From NCBI GenBank assembly GCA_963799485.1, contig CAWCXJ010000007.1:480001-544000 (forward strand): a DNA stretch of 64,000 nucleotides, given 5' to 3'. The notes beneath the pieces are model-generated. The model searched no databases. It had not been told where the DNA came from and saw only the letters and a program-made list of their open reading frames with translations. The stretch comes from an uncultured Trueperaceae bacterium (lineage in GTDB: Bacteria; Deinococcota; Deinococci; Deinococcales; Trueperaceae). Every line of letters begins with the position of its first letter. The first letter of the stretch is position 1. Of this stretch, positions 20,726 to 31,601 are shown in pieces. The position numbers and the translations under genes were made by a program.

Positions 20726-21868
20726 CTCACTACGGGGACAAAAGTTTAAGACAGGTATCTAAGGATACCTTGGCGGGCTTATCAGGCAGAGCGAGGAGCG
20801 CAGTTCTCAGATAAGTCAGACCTCTTTTGAAGAAACTGATGGGCAGGTAGCCGTGTTTTTTAAGTGACAGCGGTCTTTGCTGATGAACTCATTCACCTAA
20901 CAGATGTGCCCAGGAAAAAGCGATAGCAAGCATGGCGATCAGGTTGTCGAGCTTGTCAGTCCGGGTCAAACGGGTATCTTCGAGGTTAAAGCCTCTGGTT
21001 TTGAGGGCCGAAAACAGACACTCGATGTTCCAGCGTTCGGCGTAGCGGAGCAGTGCCCGCTCAGGCTTATGCGTACAAGCCAGCACGACAAGCTCACCCT
21101 GCTGCGATTTGGTGAGGGCAAGCTGCAAGCGCAAGCCGTAAATCCAGACACGTTTGGGGCAAACATAAGTTTTCCGACGAGCAAGGTAGCCGTAACGCTT
21201 GGCGACAGACTTGTACGAACCTTTGGAGCCTATGAGTGTGTTGTTTCTAAGCCGCATGATAAAGCAGAGCATGCGTTGCTTGAGCCCTTCGAACCAGGCT
21301 TTACCGATAAACCCCCTGTCAGCCACAAGCGCGTCAATCTTCGTGGCACTCAGGAACTGCAAAAGCGTGTCAAGCAAAGCAAGCCGTTCACGAGTATTGC
21401 TGTTACCGTTCTTGTCTAAGCGCTGCCACAATAGCGGAAAAGCAAGCCCCTTATGACATACGGCAATCATCAGTAGATTCACCTCAATCCCGCCCACGGC
21501 CCAATTCGTGCGGTCTAAGCTTAGCGTGTAGCTCTCTGAGTACGGTATCAGTTTGAGCATCAGCCTGGCAAAGCTGGTCTTTTCCAAGCTTACTTCGCCA
21601 AAAAACCGTTTTAAGCGTTTTTCGTTCGACTCTGGAAATACACCTGGATTCAAGGCACTCGCAACGCAAGTCAGGCTGACCGTCCTCACCACAATGACCG
21701 CCATGACAAAGCGACTTATGAGGTTTAGGCGTGCCCGTGCAGCCTGAAGTCCTCTTTTAATACCTGCTCTAATCCCTTATTCTGTTTCATAGTCAGTCCT
21801 TTGATACTTGAGATTTCAGCATCCCAATTATCTCATGGGCTGACTGTCTTTTTTGTCCCTGTAGTGAG
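20726..21868 (-). mobile_element. IS4-like insertion sequence with inactivated transposase
   Basis: IRs CTCACTACGGGGACAAAA / CTCACTACAGGGACAAAA; DRTNW, ADRGF, Y..RW.IE..F..LK; frameshift near 21740 and premature TGA at 20889-20891. Confidence 0.88.
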
Positions 21869-21888
21869 GTGCGGCACTAAAAACTGAG

Positions 21889-22275
21889 TTGCTTTCGGTA
21901 ATAGATGAGGTTCAAATAGCAGGAACAAGAGACTGCTTAATTCAAAGTGTTGCTCTCATCCATGTTTTAAGGCGACTAGTTGACAAACCGACAATGACAA
22001 CTTTGGTCAATAATTCTCTGGCACTCCTCGAAAAAGTAAAATCTGAAATACAAGATAATCCCTCTGCAGAAGAAGCTTTTACAGCTGAGGAAGAAATGCG
22101 TATTCTTATCGGGCTGGGCAGAGCAGAGGTTGACAGCGAGCAATTACAGAAAACAATAAGAAATAAGCTAAAGCGAGTAGCTAGGCGTGCGCCAGCAGTA
22201 GCACAATCGCTGTTACCTTACGAACAAAGCCAAAGGAAATCGCATCCAGCATCGAAAAATTTACCAAAGTCTTAA
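21889..22275 (+). pseudogene. AT-rich ORF, probably a C-terminal fragment cut by the IS
   Basis: Begins right after the IS end; no clear start or RBS. Confidence 0.4.
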
Positions 22276-22349
22276 TTTGAATAGCCCAAAGCTTTTGAGA
22301 CAGGGCAATAGAGAACGTTTCTCACCGACCCCGTGATAGCATCCTCTAT

Positions 22350-23123
22350 ATGTCTGTAACGGTTCCAGCTGTCGTAACTGCTCCCCCTGAACGCGCAACT
22401 TTGAGGCTCGAGGCCGACACCCTCATCAAACGTTACGGGGGCCGGACGGTCGTCGGTGGCGTGAGTTTTAACCTCGAGCGCGGCGAAATCGTCGCGCTCT
22501 TAGGGCCGAACGGGGCGGGAAAAACGACCTCGTTTTATATGATGGTCGGCTTTGTTCGGCCCAATTCCGGGCGTATCAGCTTGGGCGGTGAAACCATCAC
22601 CGGCTGGCCGATGTATAAACGGGCGCGGCGCGGTTTGGGGTACCTGGCGCAAGAACCGAGCGCGTTTCGCAAGCTTTCGGTACGTGATAATTTAATGGCG
22701 ATTTTAGAGTTTCAAAAGATTGCCAAAGCCGAACAGAACGCGCGGGCGGACGAGCTGCTAGAAGAGTTCGGCTTGTCACGGCTCGCGAGTAACCGGGCCG
22801 ATACGCTTTCGGGAGGCGAGAGGCGGCGGCTCGAGATTGCCCGCAGCTTGACCACCAACCCGGACTTTATCTTGCTCGACGAACCTTTCACCGGCGTCGA
22901 TCCCAAAAATATCCGCGAGATTCAGCTGCTCATCGCCGACCTGCGGGCGCGGCGCGGTTTGGGTGTGCTCTTGACCGACCACAGCGTCCGTGAAACGCTT
23001 TCGATTGCCGACCGGGTTTACCTGATGTTCGACGGCAAGGTCTTGTTCGAGGGGACGCCTGCCGCGTTCGCTGCCGATGAAAGCGTCCGGACACATTATC
23101 TAGGCAGCGACTTTCAACTTTAA
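22350..23123 (+). CDS. lptB: LptB-like ABC ATPase
   Basis: [31 protein letters not shown]. Confidence 0.92.
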   Translation: MSVTVPAVVTAPPERATLRLEADTLIKRYGGRTVVGGVSFNLERGEIVALLGPNGAGKTTSFYMMVGFVRPNSGRISLGGETITGWPMYKRARRGLGYLAQEPSAFRKLSVRDNLMAILEFQKIAKAEQNARADELLEEFGLSRLASNRADTLSGGERRRLEIARSLTTNPDFILLDEPFTGVDPKNIREIQLLIADLRARRGLGVLLTDHSVRETLSIADRVYLMFDGKVLFEGTPAAFAADESVRTHYLGSDFQL

Positions 23124-23137
23124 GCGCGCTCTGGGCG

Positions 23138-24436
23138 GTGTTTTCCCTTTTCCTGCTTCTGATTCTGGCAGCGCTCGCGGGCGTGATCGCCTATGCGGGC
23201 GACCGACTCGGGACGTGGGTTGGACAGCGGCGGCTTAGCGTCTTCGGCTGGCGGCCCCGGCGCACCGGGCAGGCGGTCGGGATTGCAGCGGGCGTCTTGA
23301 TTATGCTCAGCACCATGGGGGTTTTGAGTCTGGCGTTTCGCGGGGCCACCGGGGTACTCTTGCGCTCGCAACAAACGGCCCGCGAACTCGCCGAGTTGCG
23401 GACGCAGCGGAACGCGCTCGAGCAGCAGGTTACGACCACCCAAAACGAACTGAACGCGGCGCGTGCGACAATCTCCGACGCCGAAGTCGCTAAAGACCGG
23501 GCGCGAGCCGCGCGCGACGCGGCGCTCCGTATCCGTGACCGCATCTTAAAAGAACAAGACACCCTGCGCGCCGAACTTACGGCGCTAAGCGACGAGCAGG
23601 CGCGGTTGCAAGGCGATAACGCAACCTTGGAGGAGAACAACGCCGAACTCTCGCTCGCCAACGAATCGCTCGCGGCCCGTAACACTCAGCTCAGCGCCCG
23701 GAACGCCGAGGTTCAAGGGACATTCAACGATCTGCAAACCCAGGTCGTAACGCTCAACGAAGAGCTGCAGGCGCTTCGCGTCCGGTCTGAACGTGAAGCG
23801 CAAAACCTCCGCGATACGCTCGCGCAGTTCGAGGCCGCGAGCGGCAGCGAGCTGACCTACCGCCAGAACGAAATCGTCTACAGCGACCTTATCGCCGCGC
23901 AAAACATTACCGCCATCTCCGCGGCGATGCAGGAGTTCGTCGCGGGCGCGCAGGGAGCGGTCATCGGGCGCGGGGCCAGCGACGTCGAACTCAGTACCAA
24001 CCAGCTCAACAGTCTTATCGGCGCAGTAGCGGCGACGCCTGGAGAAGATTTGGTCGTGCTGTTAGCCGCCGACAACTTCGTCGGCGGCGCGCGCGTTCTC
24101 GTCAACGTCGAGGCGTATGTCAACCAGAAGTTGCTCGGGCGCGGTCAACTCATCGCCAGCCGTCAGGTCTATACCGGCGGCAGCGGCGCGCCGGTCAGCC
24201 GCTCGAGCCTCCGCACCGAGGTCGCCCGTTTGACCCAGGAGAGCGTCAACCGTTTGCAACGTATCGGGCTTTTCGAGCAGGTTCGCCCCGACCCGACCGA
24301 AGCGGAATTAGACGCGTTCGTCGCGTCTTTGTCGCGGCTTTCCGGGCCGGTGGTCATCGCTACGGTCGCCCGCGATAACATTTTTGTTGCCGGCCCTGCC
24401 GATCTCGACTTTATTATCTTGTACCAGGCTCCCTAG
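23138..24436 (+). CDS. DUF3084-like membrane-anchored coiled-coil protein
   Basis: IAYAGDRLG...RLSVFGWRPRRT followed by a long coiled coil. Confidence 0.8.
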   Translation: MFSLFLLLILAALAGVIAYAGDRLGTWVGQRRLSVFGWRPRRTGQAVGIAAGVLIMLSTMGVLSLAFRGATGVLLRSQQTARELAELRTQRNALEQQVTTTQNELNAARATISDAEVAKDRARAARDAALRIRDRILKEQDTLRAELTALSDEQARLQGDNATLEENNAELSLANESLAARNTQLSARNAEVQGTFNDLQTQVVTLNEELQALRVRSEREAQNLRDTLAQFEAASGSELTYRQNEIVYSDLIAAQNITAISAAMQEFVAGAQGAVIGRGASDVELSTNQLNSLIGAVAATPGEDLVVLLAADNFVGGARVLVNVEAYVNQKLLGRGQLIASRQVYTGGSGAPVSRSSLRTEVARLTQESVNRLQRIGLFEQVRPDPTEAELDAFVASLSRLSGPVVIATVARDNIFVAGPADLDFIILYQAP

Positions 24437-24556
24437 CCCGGACGTCGCCCCGTTTTACGGTTTTTTGCTCAGCTCTGCCTCGGTGCAGGTGTTTTTGGCT
24501 GAGCGGGGTCTGTTGGGAAGATGCGCCGCTCGTATTTGGCTCCGCGCGTGTGCCGC

Positions 24557-24653
24557 CCTTCTTGGAATTAAATGTAACGCACAAAGTCAGCCCCAGCATT
24601 TCCTGCCGGGTAAAACCGGTCGACCTTCTTGGAATTAAATGTAACGCACAAAG
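24557..24653. repeat. Perfect 30-bp direct repeat with a 37-bp spacer
   Basis: CCTTCTTGGAATTAAATGTAACGCACAAAG at 24557-24586 and 24624-24653. Confidence 0.95.
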
Positions 24654-24718
24654 ACCCGCTGCAAGAACCCCCGCCGTCTACCTGGGCGCTCCAAAAAACG
24701 CGGTAGAATAAACGTTCT

Positions 24719-25150
24719 ATGATTCAGAACCGCCGCGCCTCTTTCGATTATGAACTCCTCGAGCGTTTTGAAGCGGGGATTGCACTAACCGGTAGCGAGA
24801 TCAAATCCTTGCGTAAGGGAGGTGTGACGTTGGGCGAAGCGTTCGCGCGCGTCCGGGGTGGTGAGGTCTTTTTAGAGGGGATGCATATCCCGCCGTACCA
24901 GGAGGCGAGCTACAACAACCACGAACCGCTCCGCAGCCGTAAACTGCTCCTGAAAAAGTCTGAAATTGCTGAAATCACCAAGGGTCTGGAACGCAAGGGG
25001 CTGACGCTCGTCCCGACGCGGCTTTACTTCAAGGGGGGCTGGGTAAAGCTCGAGGTCGCTCTAGGACGCGGTAAAAAGCGCTACGACAAACGCCAAGACC
25101 AGGCCAAACGCGACGCAGAGCGCCAGATGGAGCGGGCGCTCAAACGCTAG
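24719..25150 (+). CDS. smpB: SsrA-binding protein
   Basis: EAGIALTGSEIKSLR, GRGKKRYDKR. Confidence 0.97.
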   Translation: MIQNRRASFDYELLERFEAGIALTGSEIKSLRKGGVTLGEAFARVRGGEVFLEGMHIPPYQEASYNNHEPLRSRKLLLKKSEIAEITKGLERKGLTLVPTRLYFKGGWVKLEVALGRGKKRYDKRQDQAKRDAERQMERALKR

Positions 25151-26440
25151 ATGCGCCTTTTCGTTGCGCTAGCTCTGTTTATACTGCTGACGTGCGCGGG
25201 CGCGCAGCAGCAGTTGGCGGTCAACGGCACCTTTTTAACTGTTCGCACCGAACTCGTTCCCGGTAGCGCTTACGCGCCGGCGGAAGCTTACGCCAGGGCG
25301 CTCGGCGCGGAATACCGCTTCGACGCGCGCACCGGGATTCTGCTCTCGTTCGGTGGGCGGTTTCTCAGCTTGCAGAGTTTTCCCACACCCGCCCAGGCTG
25401 CAGCGGCGACCACAGCCTTGACAGTCGATGGGCAACGCCTACCGAGTACCGGCGCGGTAAACGTCGGCGAGACGCTGTACCTGCCGGTTAAAAGTGTGAC
25501 GGCGGCGCTCGGGGGCAAAACCGCCTACCTCGCCGAGGCGAAGACCGTTGCAGTCGTTTTTCCGAGACCTCGCCTTACCGCTGTGTCGCCGCCGGGGGGG
25601 TGGGGGAGCTACGAGCGCTTTGTCCTGACTTTCGACGCACCGGTCGCTACCGAAGACTATTTTGAACCTTCGCTCGGGGTCGTGCGCTTTCGTTTTCCCC
25701 GAGCCGAACTCGGCTCGGCTCAGCTGAGCGGGCGGCGGTTTAGTTTAAGCGGCGGCCGTATCAGCGACGCTGCGTTCGTCCCGAACGGCGACTTTTTAGA
25801 CTTCAACCTGACGCTTCAAAAAGGCAATACCTACCGCACCTTCAGCGAACCCTACGGTGCCGGTGAACGCGTCGTTGTCGATGTGCTGCGCGACGCAGCC
25901 GGCAGTGCAGGCGTGCAAACGCCGGTCATGGTGCTTCAGGCCGACCCCGGCACCCTCGCGCTGGCCGCACGCCTAAAGGTAGCGCTCGAGTCTCGGGGCG
26001 TTCGGGCCGAGCTGCAGCGCAGTACGCTCACAGCTGCGGCCCAGGCCGGGTTTGCCGCCCCTTTTTTGCTGGCACTCCGGCAAGCACCGCTCGCGCCGGG
26101 CCGTTTTAACGTCTACTATCTGCCCCAAGATGCGCCTGCGCTGAGCGCCCCGGTACGCCGCGCCCCGGTCGAAGCTGCGCTGTCTGAAGGTGCGCGCGCA
26201 CAACTCGCGCGCCTTACTCCTGATGTTGCCTTTGGTGAGCGGCTCGCGCGGGGGCTCGCTACCGGGTTGGCTGCGCGCACGCCTCTAAGCCTGGAGTCGT
26301 TGCTGGCTGTACCCCTCGAGACGCTCGGCGGCGCAGCGGGGCGCGGGGTGATGCTCGAGCTGAGCGCAAACGACCTGAACCGCCCTAACCTGGCGGCGTC
26401 TCTGGCTTCGCTGCTCGGGTCGCTGTTGCCGGGTTCTTGA
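25151..26440 (+). CDS. Exported protein, possible degenerate cell-wall amidase/AMIN-type architecture
   Basis: Signal peptide, LYLPV stalk-like repeat, ERVVVDV; sits before a GerMN-like gene. Confidence 0.55.
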   Translation: MRLFVALALFILLTCAGAQQQLAVNGTFLTVRTELVPGSAYAPAEAYARALGAEYRFDARTGILLSFGGRFLSLQSFPTPAQAAAATTALTVDGQRLPSTGAVNVGETLYLPVKSVTAALGGKTAYLAEAKTVAVVFPRPRLTAVSPPGGWGSYERFVLTFDAPVATEDYFEPSLGVVRFRFPRAELGSAQLSGRRFSLSGGRISDAAFVPNGDFLDFNLTLQKGNTYRTFSEPYGAGERVVVDVLRDAAGSAGVQTPVMVLQADPGTLALAARLKVALESRGVRAELQRSTLTAAAQAGFAAPFLLALRQAPLAPGRFNVYYLPQDAPALSAPVRRAPVEAALSEGARAQLARLTPDVAFGERLARGLATGLAARTPLSLESLLAVPLETLGGAAGRGVMLELSANDLNRPNLAASLASLLGSLLPGS

Positions 26441-27039
26441 TGCGCGCCTTGCCGACGCTCTTGGGCGCGCTCGTGCTGCTCGCCGGGCTGCTCGCATGGG
26501 TCAATACCCGTCCGCCTGCCGTGCCGCCGCCCGCTCCGGTAACACTCGAGCCCCTTCCCACAACGCAGTTTCGCGCTGTTCTTATTCAGCAAACAGGCAG
26601 CGAAGTGCGGACGCGTGAGGTTACCCTTCGCGCCGCCGACACGCCCCCTGCACGTCTTGGCGTAACCTTGCGTGCGCTTCGGACGTGGCTCCTGGAGGCG
26701 GGTGCGTGGCCCCGAGAACTCGGCGCGCCGCGCGTCTTCTGGCTCGGTGAAGCAGCGTCCGGTGAGGGCCGCGCCGCCCTCGACTTTTCACTGCAACCCG
26801 GTACACTCAATGTGCCGGTTGCCGCTGAGGTCTGGTTGCTGGATTCGGTCCGCCGAACGGCGGCCCGTCAAGGTGTGGTGGACACGTTTATTCTGGTCAA
26901 CGGACAGGTACCGCCGACGTTTCTAGGTCAGGTGGCGTTGCCGCAAACGCTTGAAGACATAATAATTGAAGACATAACACTTGAAAACGTGCCTGAGAAC
27001 CCAACGCTCGAGACTTCGGCACCCGATACTACCGAGTAA
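26437..27039 (+). CDS. GerMN-like membrane protein
   Basis: N-terminal TM; AALDFS and ILVNGQ...FLGQV. Confidence 0.6.
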   Translation: MMRALPTLLGALVLLAGLLAWVNTRPPAVPPPAPVTLEPLPTTQFRAVLIQQTGSEVRTREVTLRAADTPPARLGVTLRALRTWLLEAGAWPRELGAPRVFWLGEAASGEGRAALDFSLQPGTLNVPVAAEVWLLDSVRRTAARQGVVDTFILVNGQVPPTFLGQVALPQTLEDIIIEDITLENVPENPTLETSAPDTTE

Positions 27040-27068
27040 CCCGAACGCCGAGTAACCCGAACGCACCT

Positions 27069-27473
27069 CTAAAAAAGCTGCGCCACCCGGTTTCCGGCAG
27101 TTTGCCCCAAAAGCAGCGCGCCGTAGCCTAAAAAAAGGTTGCCGCCGATATAAAGCAGCGCATAGGCGAACTGAGCGCTTTTTAACAATCCGTCAGCGTC
27201 TAGCTCAAAGGTCGAAAAGGTGGTAAACGCGCCGCAAAAACCGGTACCGAGCGCGAGCAGCCAAACCCCGCCGAGCCGACCTTGTAGCGCCAGCGCCGCC
27301 AAAAACGCCAGCAGAAACGACCCCGTAACATTGACGAAAAGTGTCGCTAGCGGGAGTCCGGCAAAAGGTGTTTGCAACAACCTCTGCTGCACTGCGGCGG
27401 CGACGAGGTAGCGGGCGAGCGCCCCGAGCGCGCCCCCTGCCATCACGCCGAGCAGATTTGCAGATATCCCCAT
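27069..27473 (-). CDS. crcB: Fluoride channel CrcB/Fluc
   Basis: GGALGALARY, TGFCGAFTTFSTF. Confidence 0.95.
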   Translation of the reverse strand: MGISANLLGVMAGGALGALARYLVAAAVQQRLLQTPFAGLPLATLFVNVTGSFLLAFLAALALQGRLGGVWLLALGTGFCGAFTTFSTFELDADGLLKSAQFAYALLYIGGNLFLGYGALLLGQTAGNRVAQLF

Positions 27474-28768
27474 TACGGGTACATACGGGTCAACAGTCGG
27501 GGAAAAGGGATGACTTCACGCAGGTGATGGACGCCCGTGACCCACGCCAAAAGCCGCTCGAAGCCGAGGCCGAACCCTGAATGCGGTACCGAGCCGTAAC
27601 GCCGTAAATCCAGATACCAGGCGAACGCGTCTGGTGGCAGATTATGCGCCTCGATACGCGCTTTGAGGAGTTCAAAGTCGTGAATACGCTCCGAACCGCC
27701 GACAAGTTCGCCGTAACCCTCGGGTGCAATCAAATCGTCGCATTTAACGCGGGTCGGGTCGTCGCCAAAAGGTTGCATGTAAAACGCTTTGGTTTCCGTG
27801 GGCCACGCGTCGATGAAGACGGGTCGGTCGTAGAGCCCGCCCAAAATCGTCTCGTGCGGCGCGCCCAAGTCGTCACCCCAAGTGAGGTGTTCGCCGTGTT
27901 CGGCAAGTTTAGCCAACGCCTCGTCGTAGGAGAGGCGGGGGAAGTTGCCCGTTGCAGTGGCCTCGAGCGTCCCTAAATCCCGTTCCAGCATCGTCAGTTC
28001 GGATTTACGGTGCTCGAGTACCCGCCCCACCAGGTACGAGACGAAATCCTCTTGCAACGTCATGTTGCCCTCGTGTTCCAGATACGCGACTTCGGGCTCA
28101 ATCATCCAGAACTCTAAAAGGTGTTTGCGCGTTTTCGACTTTTCCGCCCGAAAGGTCGGCCCGAAGGTGTAAACACGGCCTAAAGCGAGCGCCCCGGCCT
28201 CGGCGTAGAGCTGCCCGGACTGCGACAGGTACGCCGTGTCTTCACCGAACAGGTCGATTTCAAAGAGGTTGGTGGTGCCTTCGGCGGCGTTCGGGGTAAA
28301 AAAGGGCGTATCGAAACGCACAAACCCGCGCTCGGCAAAAAAATCGTGAACGGCGCGCTCCAACTCGTCGCGAATACGCATAATCGCCCACGGTTTTTTG
28401 TTCCGCAAGTAGAGGTGGCGGTGTTCCATCAAGAAGTCAACACCGTGTTCTTTGGGCGTGATGGGGTAGTCTTCGGTCTGCGCGACTAACTCGAGCCCCG
28501 TCACACCCAATTCGACGCCTGAGGGCGAGCGTTCGTCGGCGCGCACCTCGCCGGTCACAACGATGCTCGACTCTTGCGTCAGTGACCGCGCCAGCTTAAA
28601 GGTTTCTTCGTCCACGTCATTTTTAGCTAACACACCCTGCACGAAGCCGGAACCGTCGCGGAGTTGTAAAAAAGCAATTTTACCGCTCGAGCGCAGGCCC
28701 GCCAGCCAGCCCTGCACGGTGACGCTTTCGCCCAAGTGTTCTTTGAGGTTTTGAATAGAGACGACCAT
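27473..28768 (-). CDS. asnS: Asparagine--tRNA ligase
   Basis: [36 protein letters not shown]. Confidence 0.96.
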   Translation of the reverse strand: MVVSIQNLKEHLGESVTVQGWLAGLRSSGKIAFLQLRDGSGFVQGVLAKNDVDEETFKLARSLTQESSIVVTGEVRADERSPSGVELGVTGLELVAQTEDYPITPKEHGVDFLMEHRHLYLRNKKPWAIMRIRDELERAVHDFFAERGFVRFDTPFFTPNAAEGTTNLFEIDLFGEDTAYLSQSGQLYAEAGALALGRVYTFGPTFRAEKSKTRKHLLEFWMIEPEVAYLEHEGNMTLQEDFVSYLVGRVLEHRKSELTMLERDLGTLEATATGNFPRLSYDEALAKLAEHGEHLTWGDDLGAPHETILGGLYDRPVFIDAWPTETKAFYMQPFGDDPTRVKCDDLIAPEGYGELVGGSERIHDFELLKARIEAHNLPPDAFAWYLDLRRYGSVPHSGFGLGFERLLAWVTGVHHLREVIPFPRLLTRMYP

Positions 28769-29016
28769 GCCTGAGTCTATCAAGTCAGGTCTATCAAACT
28801 CCGCTCAGCAAGACGCTTCAAGCAGCGACGCGTGGGTTTTTAGCGCGGGGGGTAAGCCCGTGCTTTTCCCCAAACGCCCCGAAGTTTTTTAGAGATCTTG
28901 GATTTGCTGCTGCCGACGTCCCGGTGGCGTGAACTATGTTGAACTCAGCGCCCGCGTCAGATAGTCGGGGTGGTTGTGGGTTGGGACAATGTGCTGACTC
29001 GTACGAAAATAAATTT

Positions 29017-29823
29017 CTAGACCGATTTAAGTGTCATCGCCCGTTTCAGAGCTTCGACCACACCGCAGTCGTCCACCTTACCGACTGTAAAAAACCGCTC
29101 GCGCAGTTCAGCGGGCGCTTCGGCCATCACGACCGGATGCCCGACCGCTTCCAACATCGGCAGGTCGCCCACGCTGTCGCCGACTGCCATCACGTTTTCC
29201 GCTTTGAACCGCTGACTTTTGATTAAAGCCCGCACTGCCGAACCCTTTGACACGTCCTTCGCTGTGATGCTCATAAATACCGTGCCTTTAAGTGCGGGGG
29301 AGACGGCGCTCGAGACCTGCGCGCCCGGCAACGTCAGGGCTTTGGCCTGCGCCTCCTGCTCCCCCGGAACGACCCACTGCGCCCGCACCACGGGTTCGTT
29401 TTCCGCGACGTCCTCAAGGTTCCGCACAATCGCCGTCGCGCCGATCATCTTCGCGTGCGCTTCGCTTAGGGGTGTGCGCCGCTCGACGTAAAGCGCGTTC
29501 GAGGTGTAGACCTCCAACACCAGGTTGTGCGCCCGCGCATGAGCGATGAGCGCCCGCGTACTCGCCTCTTTAAGTGCGTGAAGCTCGACCACGTCGCCGT
29601 CGGCGTAGGCGGTCATCGCGCCGTTTTGGAAGATGTGCGGGACGCTTTTGCCGAGCCGTTCCGCGACCCGTTTGGCGACGCCGACGCGGGGTCGTCCGGT
29701 ACACACTGCCAGCTTGATTCCTGCAGCTTGAGCGTCTTCAACGGCGTCCCAGACACAGGACAAAACCTGACCGCTCGAGCCGATGACGGTGCCGTCCAGA
29801 TCGAGCAGTACAAACGGAATCAC
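29017..29823 (-). CDS. Cof-type HAD hydrolase
   Basis: DLDGT, CTGRP, SKGSA, GDSVGDLPM. Confidence 0.9.
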   Translation of the reverse strand: MIPFVLLDLDGTVIGSSGQVLSCVWDAVEDAQAAGIKLAVCTGRPRVGVAKRVAERLGKSVPHIFQNGAMTAYADGDVVELHALKEASTRALIAHARAHNLVLEVYTSNALYVERRTPLSEAHAKMIGATAIVRNLEDVAENEPVVRAQWVVPGEQEAQAKALTLPGAQVSSAVSPALKGTVFMSITAKDVSKGSAVRALIKSQRFKAENVMAVGDSVGDLPMLEAVGHPVVMAEAPAELRERFFTVGKVDDCGVVEALKRAMTLKSV

Positions 29824-31601
29824 GCGGGCTCCTTAGTGGATTCGGCGAGGCGTAGCGAGAGTTCCCCCAGCTGCGCCCGCGTCAGTGGCCCCGGCGCGCT
29901 TGTCAGGGGGTCGGCCCCGCGCTGATTTTTAGGAAACGCAATGACTTCACGGAGGCTTTTCGCGCCCGCAAGAAGCATGATCAAGCGATCTAGACCCCAG
30001 GCGACGCCGCCATGTGGAGGCGCGCCGTAAGCGAGGGCGTCTAAAAAGAAGCCGAAGCGTGCCCGCGCCTCGTCGTCCGAAAAACCGAGCGCCCGGAACA
30101 TCGCCAGCTGGGTCTCGAGCTGATAGATACGCAGCGACCCGCCGCCGATTTCAAAGCCGTTCAAAACGAGGTCATAAGCCCACGCCCGCACCTTTTCGGG
30201 TTCGGTAGCGAGCAGCGGCAGGTCTTCGTCGCGTGGACGGGTAAAGGGGTGGTGCATATAGGTGTAGCCGCCCGTCTCCTCGTCGTGCTCCAGAAGCGGA
30301 AAATCGACGACCCACAAAAATGCCAGCTCACCTTCGGGGACGAGATTCAGGTCGTGTGCCAGCTTGAGCCGCACCGCGCCGAGCGCTTCGCACGCGGTGC
30401 GCGTTTTCGCCGCGACGATGAGCAGCAGGTCGCCGTCGCCGGGCGCGTGCTGCATCAACGCCTGCACTTCGGAGTCGGCTAAGAACTTGGCGATTGGGCC
30501 GCTGAACCCCCTACCTTCGCGCCGGAGCCACGCCAGACCCTGCGCGCCGTAAAGTTTGGCGTGCGCCTCGAGCTCCCCCAACCGTTTACGGCTGAGACCC
30601 ACAGCATGTTCCGCCGGAACCGGCAGCGCCCGGACGCTCCCGCCCGAAGCCAGCACCGAGGCAAAGCCGCGAAAGGTCGTGGTGTTAAAAACAGGGGAGA
30701 GGTCGTTCAGCTCGAGCCCGAAGCGCACATCGGGTTTGTCCGAACCGTAACGGGTCAGCGCCTCGTCATAGCTCAGGCGCGGAAACGGCGCAGGAACCTC
30801 GCGCCCCAGCGCTGTTTTGATGACGAACTGCATCAAGCGTTCGTTGAGGTCCAAAATATCGTCCTGGTCGATAAACGACATTTCAATATCGAGCTGGGTA
30901 AAGTCGGGTTGACGGTCGGCGCGGAGGTCTTCGTCGCGGAAGCAGCGGGCAATCTGAAAGTAACGCTCTAAACCGCCCATCATCAGGAGTTGCTTAAAAA
31001 GCTGCGGTGACTGCGGCAGGGCGTAAAAACTGCCGGGTTGCGTCCGCGACGGGACGACGTAATCGCGCGCGCCTTCAGGTGTCGAGAGCGTCAAGAGCGG
31101 TGTTTCGACTTGCATAAACCCTTCTGCGTCTAAAAAGTCCCAGATGGCTTTGCTGACGCGGTGCCGGAGGTAGAGCGGCGCGGCGGCCGCGGGGCGGCGG
31201 AGGTCTAGGTAGCGGTATTTGAGCCGCAACTCTTCACTGACCTCAGCGGCCTCTTCGGGGTTGTTCAGGACAAAAGGCGGGGTTTTGGCTTCGGAGACGA
31301 TGGTGACACCCTCAGCTAACACTTCAACGTCGCCGGTTTTGAGTTTGTCGGTGCGCTGCCCGGCGGGGCGGAGCCGCACGCTGCCGCTGACGCTCACGAT
31401 AAACTCCGGCCTGAGCTGTTCACCTACCGTAAAAGCCGCCGAGTCCGGTTCGATGACGACCTGAACCAGGCCGCTGCGGTCGCGCAAATCCAGAAAGATC
31501 AGCCCGCCGAGGTCGCGGCGGCGGTGAACCCAACCCTGCAGGGTGACGTTCTGGCTTTCGTTGTTGGCGCGCAGGTCGCCGCTCATGTGGGTGCGCTTCA
31601 C
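29820..31601 (-). CDS. aspS: Aspartate--tRNA ligase
   Basis: LPQSPQLFKQ, FRDEDLRADRQP, HHPFT, PPHGG. Confidence 0.97.
   Translation of the reverse strand: MKRTHMSGDLRANNESQNVTLQGWVHRRRDLGGLIFLDLRDRSGLVQVVIEPDSAAFTVGEQLRPEFIVSVSGSVRLRPAGQRTDKLKTGDVEVLAEGVTIVSEAKTPPFVLNNPEEAAEVSEELRLKYRYLDLRRPAAAAPLYLRHRVSKAIWDFLDAEGFMQVETPLLTLSTPEGARDYVVPSRTQPGSFYALPQSPQLFKQLLMMGGLERYFQIARCFRDEDLRADRQPDFTQLDIEMSFIDQDDILDLNERLMQFVIKTALGREVPAPFPRLSYDEALTRYGSDKPDVRFGLELNDLSPVFNTTTFRGFASVLASGGSVRALPVPAEHAVGLSRKRLGELEAHAKLYGAQGLAWLRREGRGFSGPIAKFLADSEVQALMQHAPGDGDLLLIVAAKTRTACEALGAVRLKLAHDLNLVPEGELAFLWVVDFPLLEHDEETGGYTYMHHPFTRPRDEDLPLLATEPEKVRAWAYDLVLNGFEIGGGSLRIYQLETQLAMFRALGFSDDEARARFGFFLDALAYGAPPHGGVAWGLDRLIMLLAGAKSLREVIAFPKNQRGADPLTSAPGPLTRAQLGELSLRLAESTKEPA

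Noticed and set aside
24557..24653. Calling the 30-bp repeat pair a CRISPR array
   Set aside because: Only two repeats, no further copies at the 67-bp period, no recognised repeat family, no cas genes in the window; kept as a repeat
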